A program made the translations under genes and the position numbers. DNA of 64,000 bases from a virus. Where the stretch lies: the IMG/VR virus record IMGVR_UViG_3300028394_000042; one strand, 5' to 3'. The notes under the pieces are model-generated. The model saw nothing but the letters and a program-made list of their open reading frames with translations, did no database searches and had not been told where the DNA came from. Shown piece after piece: positions 19,557 to 28,309 of this stretch (position 1 is the first letter of the stretch; each line of letters begins with the position of its first letter).

Positions 19557-20203
19557 TCTGGCCACTCAGGGGGAGATATACGCGCTTCTTCCTCAGTAAA
19601 TAACTGCAGCACCAAAATCTTTTGTTGAATTTCGGGCGGTAGTTTGTTGAGGTATGTGTCAACAAGATCTATACGCGCCCCTTTAGCCAGATGCGTAAAC
19701 ATGTTGGAGACAATGCGCACCCGAATCGACGCGCTATTACGGTGATATATCGACAATGCTGTGAAAGTCATTGGGCTAAGTGCGTCTTGAACAAGCCGTA
19801 ATTCCTTGGTTTGGCCATGTAAGTCATCGACGTACGGCGGCGGGGCTACGGTGTGCGCCGCTGCAACAGGCGTCACGCGGCGGCGGTAGATGATAGACGG
19901 ATACTTATGGCCCCCATGCCTGTGCGTCGGCAGCCTCAACCACTCACGTTGGTTGTCTCGATAAGCCGATTCGTCACCCTCCTGCAAAACATCTTCCGGC
20001 CCAAGCTCGCGCCAACCCTCGCCAACGTCTGGCTTATCGCCGTCGATTTCCACGGGTTTATCGAGCTCTTTGATCGCCGCGTCTGCAATGGCGACTGCCC
20101 GGGCGGCTACGTCAGCGACAAAAGCGGCATCGAGAGTGTTGCCAGTATACGACGCACACAAGCCATTTAACGCTGCCTTAACAAACTCTTCGCGCGGACT
20201 CAT
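19553..20203 (-). CDS. mosaic protein: GWR.L..GD repeat module + BolA-like C-terminal domain
   Basis: GEGWRELGPEDVLQEGD..YRRR; NSASIRVRIVS..F....RIDLV...L..LP..LFTEEE. Confidence 0.6.
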   Translation of the reverse strand: MSPREEFVKAALNGLCASYTGNTLDAAFVADVAARAVAIADAAIKELDKPVEIDGDKPDVGEGWRELGPEDVLQEGDESAYRDNQREWLRLPTHRHGGHKYPSIIYRRRVTPVAAAHTVAPPPYVDDLHGQTKELRLVQDALSPMTFTALSIYHRNSASIRVRIVSNMFTHLAKGARIDLVDTYLNKLPPEIQQKILVLQLFTEEEARISPPEWPE

Positions 20204-20262
20204 GTAATGTTCCTTTGGTTACCTACTACACAAAACATTGCACAAACTTGAATCTTCTGTAG

Positions 20263-20290
20263 ACCATTTCGCTGACGTCAACGAAATGGT
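20263..20290. repeat. 28-bp near-perfect palindrome
   Basis: ACCATTTCG-C-TGACGTCA-A-CGAAATGGT. Confidence 0.8.
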
Positions 20291-20321
20291 GCAGCGGCGG
20301 CGGAGAGAGGATACCGGTTTA

Positions 20322-20705
20322 TCAATTCGGTCCTCGCTCCGCCGCAAGCGCCGCTTTTAGATCTTGTATTGAGTAGTACACAGGCTTACCGGCTTGAATA
20401 AAATACCGCACTTCTGAGTCAGCCCCAGAAGATTCCGCCTGTTGATACGAGTATTCGTTAAACAACGCCACCAGACGCAGGCATATATCACAACGCGACA
20501 CGATTTCCCTGTCGTACGCCAGCCAGTGCTCGTATGGCCGCGGAAACGACAAATGCTGAAAATGCGACCACAACGGTGCAATCGGTACAACCCCAAGAGA
20601 CAGCAGCTCATCGAATACTGCCAATTGAAACCGCACGTTAATTGCTGTGTCGCCCTTTGTGTACGGGCTGGCAATGTAGACCCGCGGTTTTTCATTTACC
20701 GGCAT
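20322..20705 (-). CDS. nucleoside 2-deoxyribosyltransferase-like protein (DUF1937/DUF4406 type)
   Basis: VYIASPYT, W..D...RCD, S.GA..E, GKPV motifs. Confidence 0.75.
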   Translation of the reverse strand: MPVNEKPRVYIASPYTKGDTAINVRFQLAVFDELLSLGVVPIAPLWSHFQHLSFPRPYEHWLAYDREIVSRCDICLRLVALFNEYSYQQAESSGADSEVRYFIQAGKPVYYSIQDLKAALAAERGPN

Positions 20706-20844
20706 ATTTAATCCTTTCATGTGTGGTGCAGCGGCGGCGGGGTGCTTAGGGAGCCAGCCATGCACAGCCAACCCACACCCCGCCGCAAGCGCCGCTACTA
20801 GCTTCTCTGCCACCGAGTTCCCCAGCAGCAAAGAGAACTTTCAT

Positions 20845-21348
20845 CTATGTTGTTGCCGACTTTACGCGGCGGCGGTGAAAACCTCCAACAGCGCCGACGC
20901 ACTTGCCAATAGTGCGGCGTGTCACTAAAACCCAAAGGCCGGCGTCGCTACTCTCGTACTCGTCGCCAGCCGCGATTACCTCGTTAGCTTTCAGCAGCCG
21001 CCACTCTTCGCGCACAACGAGCTGCGCCGGTTTGTCGGGTTCGGCCGCCGTATGCCGCGCAACAATGTCGTTAAGCGTAACAGCCCACGAAGGTGTGTTG
21101 TCGCAAACAGCTGACATAGCAGCATCTGCTATAGCGTCCAGCTCGTGCTGCGTCAGCAACTCGCGCGGAGTCAAACCGGTGTCCATCTGCACGTATACGT
21201 CGCCATCACGTACGGACAACGTGCAGTCTTGCTCTGCATAGCGCCTGATAACTTCTTCCAGCGTCCGCACTTTTTGCAGGGCAGCGTGTAGTTCGTGCCC
21301 CATGCCGACAAGCTCTTTGCAGCACCGGCCCAAAGGATCATCTGTCAT
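20845..21348 (-). CDS. hypothetical protein with C-terminal WR.L..GD repeat module
   Basis: WRLLKANEVIAAGDEY..HRRR. Confidence 0.6.
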   Translation of the reverse strand: MTDDPLGRCCKELVGMGHELHAALQKVRTLEEVIRRYAEQDCTLSVRDGDVYVQMDTGLTPRELLTQHELDAIADAAMSAVCDNTPSWAVTLNDIVARHTAAEPDKPAQLVVREEWRLLKANEVIAAGDEYESSDAGLWVLVTRRTIGKCVGAVGGFHRRRVKSATT

Positions 21349-21401
21349 TACTCACCTACAATAAGTTTTTTTGCATGAAAACTTGACAACTGTTCCGCAG
21401 T

Positions 21402-21686
21402 TTATTTGTTGTCTTTAATTTTTCGCCTGCGTACCCAGTTTTTTGGTAAAGATCCGTTAGGGTAATCAAGCGGCACATAAAACCCGCCAAAAGTCCCGTC
21501 AATGTCTATTTGCCGTTTGACTAGGTTGAACGTGCCGGCATTCCATGAGCCGTCAATCATTAGGTCTGCAATCGGCGGGCAATACACCTCGACTGGCTCC
21601 CCGTGACGATACCGCCAAGCCGGGTCAAATTCAAGGGTAGGTACCGCAATCACGGTGACCAAGAAAGCTCTGCGGGTAAAGCTCAT
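21402..21686 (-). CDS. paralog A with twin-arginine-like N-terminus
   Basis: MSFTRRAFL; similar to the adjacent gene. Confidence 0.65.
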   Translation of the reverse strand: MSFTRRAFLVTVIAVPTLEFDPAWRYRHGEPVEVYCPPIADLMIDGSWNAGTFNLVKRQIDIDGTFGGFYVPLDYPNGSLPKNWVRRRKIKDNK

Positions 21687-21985
21687 TTTTCGGGACTCTT
21701 CTTGCGCACCCAATTTCTCGGCAACGGCATATCAGCGTAATTAAGTGGTATGTGAAAACTGCCGCCGGGCTTAAAAACGTCTATTTGCCGTTTGCGTAAG
21801 TTAAACATACCGTCGCGCCATTTGCCGTTTTTGCCCTCAAGCCAGCCGCTGCCGCTTAGCAAATCAGCTACGTCTGGAATCCACACCTGCACCGGATCGC
21901 CGTCACAATGCGGCCACGCTTGCTCAAATTCAAGCGCCGGGACTGTGATTACAGTTGCCAAGAAGGCTCTGCGGGTGACGCTCAT
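21683..21985 (-). CDS. paralog B with twin-arginine-like N-terminus
   Basis: MSVTRRAFL; shared FNL.KRQID and PL.Y..LP.NWVR. Confidence 0.65.
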   Translation of the reverse strand: MSVTRRAFLATVITVPALEFEQAWPHCDGDPVQVWIPDVADLLSGSGWLEGKNGKWRDGMFNLRKRQIDVFKPGGSFHIPLNYADMPLPRNWVRKKSPEK

Positions 21986-22105
21986 TTATGTCGCGTGGTT
22001 TAGCCGCGGCTCCACCGGCCAGCAAAGAACGCCAGCACAGACATTGCAAGGGCAACCCACGGCCACTGCATAGAAAACGACAGGTACATAAACACAGCTG
22101 CTGCG

Positions 22106-22453
22106 CTATTCATCTGGCATTTCCTTTGTTGTCATTGGTTCCGCGCTACACAAATACTCGGTATGTATTTCTGGGCTATGCAAATACTCGACGCGTAGCG
22201 GTGCCGGATGTTGGCGGCGTTCAACTTTAACTTTTCCTTTGTCAGATTGCCCGAAAAACGATACTGCGTAGCTCCAACAAAGCCGGCCATCTGCGTTAAA
22301 AACGATATGATCAGCTTCGCCTGTATCAGTGTTGCACCACCGCACGTAATGCAACTCCACACCGTTAGCGTCAAATACCTGACAACTTGCGGTACGTAAA
22401 ACAGTGTTGCTACCTTCAGTGTCTAAGATCAGCTGTTTAATGTCTAAAATCAT
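22106..22453 (-). CDS. hypothetical protein
   Basis: coupled ORF. Confidence 0.55.
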   Translation of the reverse strand: MILDIKQLILDTEGSNTVLRTASCQVFDANGVELHYVRWCNTDTGEADHIVFNADGRLCWSYAVSFFGQSDKGKVKVERRQHPAPLRVEYLHSPEIHTEYLCSAEPMTTKEMPDE

Positions 22454-22656
22454 CTGTCTTCTCCTTTGATTACCCACTCGAACTTAGGCTCGCCGTCTTC
22501 GTCACTGACCCACTTCGCCGCGCCGACCTTTATAGCCTCGCGACGCACGTCTCGTTCCCCGATGTCCACACCTCTAAGCACGCTGAGAATAGAAATTGCG
22601 GACAGCATTACCAGCATAAAAACAAGGACTACAGCAATTTCTTTCGTAGATATCAT
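22450..22656 (-). CDS. small TM protein (paralog of 22653-22859)
   Basis: DVRREAIKVGAAKWVSDEDGEPKFEW. Confidence 0.65.
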   Translation of the reverse strand: MISTKEIAVVLVFMLVMLSAISILSVLRGVDIGERDVRREAIKVGAAKWVSDEDGEPKFEWVIKGEDR

Positions 22657-22859
22657 TTGCCTTCTCCTCTGATTATCCACTCAAACTTAGACGCACCATT
22701 TTCGTCACTGACCCACCGCGCCACGCCGGTCTTTATGGCCTCTTGGCGCACGTCTTGCCTACCGCTCACTACGCCTTTAAAAAAGCCCATCATTACACCG
22801 ACTATAAGCAGTGCCGCTGTAAGTAGAAGAACAACTCGCGCCTCGTTATCAGTCGCCAT
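22653..22859 (-). CDS. small TM protein (paralog of 22450-22656)
   Basis: DVRQEAIKTGVARWVSDENGASKFEW. Confidence 0.65.
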   Translation of the reverse strand: MATDNEARVVLLLTAALLIVGVMMGFFKGVVSGRQDVRQEAIKTGVARWVSDENGASKFEWIIRGEGK

Positions 22860-23272
22860 TATTTGTCTTTCTCTACGTGATCGTAATCAAATAGCTTTTT
22901 CATGATGCCCTTTAGCGTCAGTCGCTCTAAAATTGAGTTTAGCGCTGCCGCTACGTCATCGCCTTTATATAGTGCTGGCACTGCGGGATTGTTGTTGAAG
23001 CCGTTGCAGCTGCCACACGCATTCGCAGCTTCTTTTAAGGCCCAGATTTCGACGTCGGTGAGCTGTAATTGCATTGCCTTTTCCCGCAGCCGCTGAATTT
23101 CAGCGTCGGCCACAGCAAATCTTGTATTCGGGGCTGCGCGTAGCTGCGTAATTTCAACTGCTGCCTCAAGCAATAGATCATTAGTGTACTCTTGCGTATA
23201 GGCCGACAGGCTATCTTCAGCAGCTGCCGTAACAGCTCTGGCATTTAAGCGCGGCACGATGTCATAATTCAT
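22859..23272 (-). CDS. hypothetical phage protein
   Basis: DIV.RL..LL.EAA.EI..LR pattern common in small phage proteins. Confidence 0.6.
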   Translation of the reverse strand: MNYDIVPRLNARAVTAAAEDSLSAYTQEYTNDLLLEAAVEITQLRAAPNTRFAVADAEIQRLREKAMQLQLTDVEIWALKEAANACGSCNGFNNNPAVPALYKGDDVAAALNSILERLTLKGIMKKLFDYDHVEKDK

Positions 23273-23625
23273 TTGCCAGCCTCCATCGCCTTCAACAGCC
23301 GTACAGCCTTGAGCAGATCAATGGTGACAGCGCCACCGTTTTCGTCTCGCACCTGAATGCGCGATGTGCCGTCTTTGTCAGCAATGATTGCCCAGCCGTA
23401 GATGCCGTCTTGCGTGCGGGCACCAACGTATGCATCGCCTCGTTCACAAGCCAACGTGACGTGTTGCATTTTGTCGGGGCCGCAAAAGAACGCAAACTTG
23501 TCGTCGTTATGCGTGCTGAATACAAACTGAGTCGGCAACGCAGCTGCAAGGCACAGGGCGCAAAGAGCAGAAAGAACACAAGCAAAAGCAGTCCGCATGA
23601 TAAAACTCCTAGGTAAATGAAACAA
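23269..23625 (-). CDS. exported hypothetical protein
   Basis: signal-peptide-like N-terminus; true start may be the ATG of MRTAFAC. Confidence 0.55.
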   Translation of the reverse strand: MFHLPRSFIMRTAFACVLSALCALCLAAALPTQFVFSTHNDDKFAFFCGPDKMQHVTLACERGDAYVGARTQDGIYGWAIIADKDGTSRIQVRDENGGAVTIDLLKAVRLLKAMEAGK

Positions 23626-23652
23626 AACTCAACTCAGGTTCACCGCGTTAAC

Positions 23653-23919
23653 TTATTCGCTGATATTCGCTTCTGCCTGCCGCTTTGAGCACGGGCAGTC
23701 TGGGTGATGCACGAAGTGGTGTATCGACTCTACCCACAAATGGTTATCGTGCGTGACGGTCTGCATGCCCCACGCCGCTGACGGACTAACGGCAGTTGTT
23801 TCACTATTAAGGGGCTTGGGTATTCGCATCATCAGCTGGAACACCAGCGCAATCAGCACTAAGCTTACGCCTCCAGCCACCATACCGTCAACCAGCGTAA
23901 AACCACTACGTTGATTCAT
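23653..23919 (-). CDS. prepilin-like protein (type IV pilin N-terminal motif variant)
   Basis: MNQRSG/FTLVD followed by a ~20-aa hydrophobic helix; C-terminal HHPDCPC. Confidence 0.55.
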   Translation of the reverse strand: MNQRSGFTLVDGMVAGGVSLVLIALVFQLMMRIPKPLNSETTAVSPSAAWGMQTVTHDNHLWVESIHHFVHHPDCPCSKRQAEANISE

Positions 23920-23926
23920 GTTGCAT

Positions 23927-24304
23927 TTACAACAACCTTTCTATGATTGCCTTTGTGCCGGCATTGAACTTATGCAAAATATCAATTTCTTTGTGGGCTG
24001 CCGCAAGCCGCAGCCGGGCAATCTCCGCGTCGCCCCGTAGCCGCTTGATCTCTTCTACCATGGCCGCTGACAACTCGTCGCAGCGTACACTGCCGGCTCT
24101 CTCTACCACCAGCCCAAGATCCGTGAGCTGCTTCTCTATGGTTGTGTGCTCGTCGCAGGAGCTTGAGATTAGCTCGTCGTTTAGCTGGTTTATGCGGTCA
24201 ATTTCATCAAGCACAAGTTGGTCTTCATCGCTCCAGCTAATCCGGCTGCTGAACTGGCTGTAAACACGCGTACGAAATTTTGCAATGATGTCACTGTCAA
24301 ACAT
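23927..24304 (-). CDS. hypothetical coiled-coil protein
   Basis: ATG lies inside the repeated junction module. Confidence 0.6.
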   Translation of the reverse strand: MFDSDIIAKFRTRVYSQFSSRISWSDEDQLVLDEIDRINQLNDELISSSCDEHTTIEKQLTDLGLVVERAGSVRCDELSAAMVEEIKRLRGDAEIARLRLAAAHKEIDILHKFNAGTKAIIERLL

Positions 24305-24587
24305 CTTTGTCCCCTTCTTTCTGCTTGGATAAGCCGAGAAAACTTTGGCGGGAGCGGTAGTAGTACTTAAAGTCATCGTCTGCAACTCGCGCGTTGAGTT
24401 CGTTTAGCTGCGTCTGCAAATACCCAACAACAGCCAGCAATTCAGAGGCTGTCATCCGCTCAACAGGCTCACCAAAAAACATCAAGTCTCTGGCCGCAAG
24501 CCAGCAGTCAGCGACAAGTTCGGCCCGCCGGCTTTGCTCTTTTGAGTCAAACTCTGCCATGTTCATTGGTACAACACGCTTAGGCAT
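24297..24587 (-). CDS. hypothetical protein
   Basis: ends KQKEGDKDV, overlapping the next start. Confidence 0.6.
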   Translation of the reverse strand: MPKRVVPMNMAEFDSKEQSRRAELVADCWLAARDLMFFGEPVERMTASELLAVVGYLQTQLNELNARVADDDFKYYYRSRQSFLGLSKQKEGDKDV

Positions 24588-24646
24588 CTTTGTCTCCCTC
24601 TTTCTGTTTGTTCAATATCTTTTCCATGATTGTTTTAACGCGTCAC

Positions 24647-24937
24647 TTAATCCTCAAATTCAAATTGGTCAGCGTCAAACACAATGATTGAATGCCCAAA
24701 AATATTGTGCCCGCCGCGCATCGTTGGCGCACCCGGCTTAAAAGCAGCGATTGCAATGTCTAGCGCGACTTCAAAATTACGCGGCAAATACACGTACTTT
24801 GCCCCGCCGCAGTGAGACTCGCCCCACCTTAACGGCTCAGATATACGCTGCATATAGGCAGCAAGACAAGCTTGATACACACTCCAAGCCAACTCTTCTA
24901 CAGTAGAAAAATCATCAGTGGTTACAGGTTCAGGCAT
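24647..24937 (-). CDS. hypothetical protein
   Basis: ORF between two direct repeats. Confidence 0.6.
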   Translation of the reverse strand: MPEPVTTDDFSTVEELAWSVYQACLAAYMQRISEPLRWGESHCGGAKYVYLPRNFEVALDIAIAAFKPGAPTMRGGHNIFGHSIIVFDADQFEFED

Positions 24938-25181
24938 CTTTGTCTCCCTCTTTCTGCTTGTCTAAGATCTTCTTCATGACTTCAGGCGCTACTGGGATCT
25001 GCATCGCGTGCCTGTAGATCGGCCGGATCTTGTTCCCCTCGTACACCTCGTCGATGTCATACCGGTGCAGGCTGTGGCCGTCGATCATCATGATGGTCTC
25101 TTGGTCGGGCGGCACGGCAAGCACAATGCCGTCGAAGGGCCCGCCGTATAGCTCGTGCTTGACTAGTTTTTGTTTAGCCAT
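24930..25181 (-). CDS. hypothetical protein
   Basis: LYGGPFDG motif; GGAGG RBS; ends KQKEGDKDA. Confidence 0.65.
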   Translation of the reverse strand: MAKQKLVKHELYGGPFDGIVLAVPPDQETIMMIDGHSLHRYDIDEVYEGNKIRPIYRHAMQIPVAPEVMKKILDKQKEGDKDA

Positions 25182-25649
25182 AAATAGCGCCTCCGTGCGC
25201 TCCTACTCATCCTTGAAGTATCTGTACTTCTCGCCTTGCTTGAGGAACATGTGCAGGTTGAAAATCAGGCTAATGAGAGCTGCGGCTGTAATCAAGGCGG
25301 CAGCGTACAGCAGGTGTTCAACCACAAGCCATATGTAGATCAGCATGTGCGTAGCTTCCAGACGTAATAAAAAGCAGGTTGAACGTTAGCAACAGAACCG
25401 CTCGTGTCCTGTTTGTGCTCGATATCGGCCGGGGCGAAAGGAAACGGTTGAACTCCGTAAAAAACCCAGCAACCAACGTTCGGCGCCCACGGCTAGCTCA
25501 AGTGGGTGCAAGTTTTGGAGGAAGGAAAACAAAACTCTGCGGTTACACTCCTGCGAGCAACGGGCGTAAAAGTGAGGATTGCTTTTACGTGCGCTCAAGC
25601 TGGCACCTCGCCGCAACTCTCCTGCAAGGACAAAGATATCAAAATCCGG

Positions 25650-26297
25650 TCATTCTGGCGCGTCGAAAACTCCAGCAAAGAACCTACCGTGCAAATGAAC
25701 TTCGTCGTAAGCGTAATCGCCTGTAAGCGTGGCCCGCGGAATCCAGTCGCGCAGCTTGAAATTGTGCAGAATCATGTTGGGTTTAATCGTGTGCAAATGA
25801 CCTTCATAGGGCGGCATGTCAGTCCACTCGAAAATCCTGACGCGCTTGGCTACCTGCATAGCGTTCGCCAAGATAAGCTGCGGGTCTATCACGTGTTGCA
25901 GGCAGTTGTAGATCCAAGCCTCGTCAAACGTGCCCAGTATCTCGCGGGGGCCGGGGAGCGTGATGTCTTCGCCCCGCATGCAAATACGCGTAATGTTCCA
26001 GCCCTGCTCTGCCAGTATCCTATAAGGCTCATCCAGCGACCCGTAGTCCAGCGGGTCGAGACACACAGCGCGCTTGGCCTGAATACTCTGCAGCAGTGAA
26101 AACGGCCCGCAGCCAATGTCCAGTACGCTCTTGTCGCGAATATCAGCTGGCCGGATGCTCATCAGGCCCGCGACGATCTGGCCTTTCTTGATCTCCATGC
26201 CGTGATGCTCAGGATAAGTGTGCCACCACGTGCGTTCCCACTTCTGCGCGTCTTCCCACTGTTTGAGCAGCGGTAGATCGGGGGTTTCTGCCGTCAT
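25650..26297 (-). CDS. class I SAM-dependent methyltransferase
   Basis: VLDIGCGP (motif I), FD..NCLQHV.DP. Confidence 0.85.
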   Translation of the reverse strand: MTAETPDLPLLKQWEDAQKWERTWWHTYPEHHGMEIKKGQIVAGLMSIRPADIRDKSVLDIGCGPFSLLQSIQAKRAVCLDPLDYGSLDEPYRILAEQGWNITRICMRGEDITLPGPREILGTFDEAWIYNCLQHVIDPQLILANAMQVAKRVRIFEWTDMPPYEGHLHTIKPNMILHNFKLRDWIPRATLTGDYAYDEVHLHGRFFAGVFDAPE

Positions 26298-26789
26298 TTG
26301 TTGTTTTCTTTCTTTGCGTCTATTTCTGCTGCTTCTTCTTCCGTGATCTCGCGCTTCGGAAATACGTCACGGATGTCTGGTCGCGTGTCGATAGCCGCCC
26401 ACATTTCGCACCACCGGGCAAACAACGTATCGTGTAAATCCGGGGCTGTCATTCTTTATGCCTGTGGTTCATTTGCGTGTTTTTTCATGCTGTCAAAAAA
26501 CGCCACTTCGTCTGCCGTAAGCATGTCCCGTATTGAGTTAGCCCGCAATACTTCACGCATGTCTACGTGGCTGGTTTTGAACAACTCTATCAACCCAGCA
26601 TCTGTAAGAAATGCGTTCATTATTGTGGCGCATTCTTCTGTTGTTAGCTGCGGTATTTGCTCAGCTGTCATTCGGCACCTTCTGTTTGAGTATCTGGAGT
26701 GGGCCGCGGTATCACACGGAACGGGATTACGTGATCCAGTGCGATAGCCTCTTTGAAGCGCTGGATTATTTCAGCCTGCTGTTCGTCTG

Positions 26790-27401
26790 TCATTCGGCAT
26801 CTTTGGGATTGGGCAACGAGGCGCCATCTTCCAGTACAACCAACTCGCCGGGAAAGTGTTTGGGCATAGTAGGCGTAGTACGTGACACAAAAAGAGAGCC
26901 CGGCACATGTGCATAACCGTGGGCCATAGTCCACAGCTTTCGGGCATCTTCGTAGCTGTCTGCCAGCTGAGCCTCATAGAACAACTTGAGCTGGATTGAC
27001 GCCGGTGTCGGCACCAACGTTTCAAGCGCCCGAATTCGCTGCGCGTATTTCAGCGATACTGCCATTTCCATATTAAAAAGCACATGGGTCCGCAGATCGC
27101 AAAGGGACGTTGAGCCGCCGCGAATCTGAGTGTCAGGGTATGGCGCGGCGATTTCTTGCCCCGGAGTGCCGCCAAGTTTATAGATCATTTCCTGAAACTG
27201 CTGAACGTGTTTGATCTCGCTTTGAATACCCTCTTCCACCACTTTTTTGACGCTGTCGTAGGTGTACGGAACCGGCTCACTGGCGCCGTATAGATACATT
27301 TGCAGGTGCATGCGCTCGTTCTTGAGGTCTTCCTGCAGCCAGTCAAGAATGATGTCTTTGGAGACTTGATAGCCGTAGACTGGGACGCCTGCTTCTGACA
27401 T
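26790..27401 (-). CDS. ferritin-like (bacterioferritin-fold) protein
   Basis: EDLKNE..Y, EIKH..LGG.P, ME..Y spacing of a four-helix di-metal bundle. Confidence 0.6.
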   Translation of the reverse strand: MSEAGVPVYGYQVSKDIILDWLQEDLKNERMHLQMYLYGASEPVPYTYDSVKKVVEEGIQSEIKHVQQFQEMIYKLGGTPGQEIAAPYPDTQIRGGSTSLCDLRTHVLFNMEMAVSLKYAQRIRALETLVPTPASIQLKLFYEAQLADSYEDARKLWTMAHGYAHVPGSLFVSRTTPTMPKHFPGELVVLEDGASLPNPKDAE

Positions 27402-27520
27402 GGGTGTTGCGCCTTTCCGGGTAAAAAACAGCCAGCTGCGCAACACACTGCGCAACTGGCCAAATAGTCTACACGCGGAAAACCAACGCGCAAGTATTTT
27501 GTCTGAGAAATTACCCAGAC

Positions 27521-28243
27521 TTACAGCTGCTTGAGAATAGTCGCCACAAGTGGGTGGCGAACTACGTCGCTGTGGGCAAACTGGACAATGTCTATGCCAG
27601 CTATACCTTTCAGCCGGCTTACCACGTCTCCCAATGGCGGCGGGCTGAACGGCAGGTCGCTCTGTTTCAAGTCGCCAGTCACAATGACCTTGGTGTTCTG
27701 GCCGAATCTACTGAGAAAGAGCTTGAGTTGGGCATACGTGGCGTTCTGGGCCTCGTCAAAGATGCAGATAGCGTCGTTGAACGTCCGGCCGCGCATGTAG
27801 CACAGCGGAGCTAGGACGATGCTTTTGTTGATGTGCTCACGCTTGGCGCCAAACTTACCCAGCAGCGTGTCCATCGTGTCGAACAGCGGCTGCATGTACG
27901 GGTTGACCTTGTCGCCAAACGTACCCGGGAGAAAGCCCAGCTTCTCGCCAGCGTCTACGATGGGCCGGGTCAGCACAATAGACGTGTGCCGGCGGGCTAG
28001 AACCTCGTTGATCGCGTAGGCCATACCCAAGAAAGTCTTGCCCGAACCAGCTGAGCCAAGCAAGAACGTGATGTCGTGCGCATGCAACGACTGCCACGCT
28101 TGCTTCTGCATCTCTGTCCGCCACGTTATGTCAACGGGCTGAAGCGCAGCTGTCTCTTTAGCCTGCTGGTCTTGCTTGCGTTTGGCTTTCTTGTCAGCAA
28201 CGCGGGAAACATTGGGCTTATCGCCAGTGGCTTTTTTGCGCAT
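27521..28243 (-). CDS. phoH: PhoH family ATPase
   Basis: GSAGSGKT, EKLGFLPG, YMRGRTF, DEAQN, TGD..QSD, DVVRH. Confidence 0.95.
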   Translation of the reverse strand: MRKKATGDKPNVSRVADKKAKRKQDQQAKETAALQPVDITWRTEMQKQAWQSLHAHDITFLLGSAGSGKTFLGMAYAINEVLARRHTSIVLTRPIVDAGEKLGFLPGTFGDKVNPYMQPLFDTMDTLLGKFGAKREHINKSIVLAPLCYMRGRTFNDAICIFDEAQNATYAQLKLFLSRFGQNTKVIVTGDLKQSDLPFSPPPLGDVVSRLKGIAGIDIVQFAHSDVVRHPLVATILKQL

Positions 28244-28309
28244 ACGTGAAGTACCTTCCTTGGTGTGAAAAACGCGCAGACAGCAGTGAGCGGGATTATG
28301 TTATCTAAG

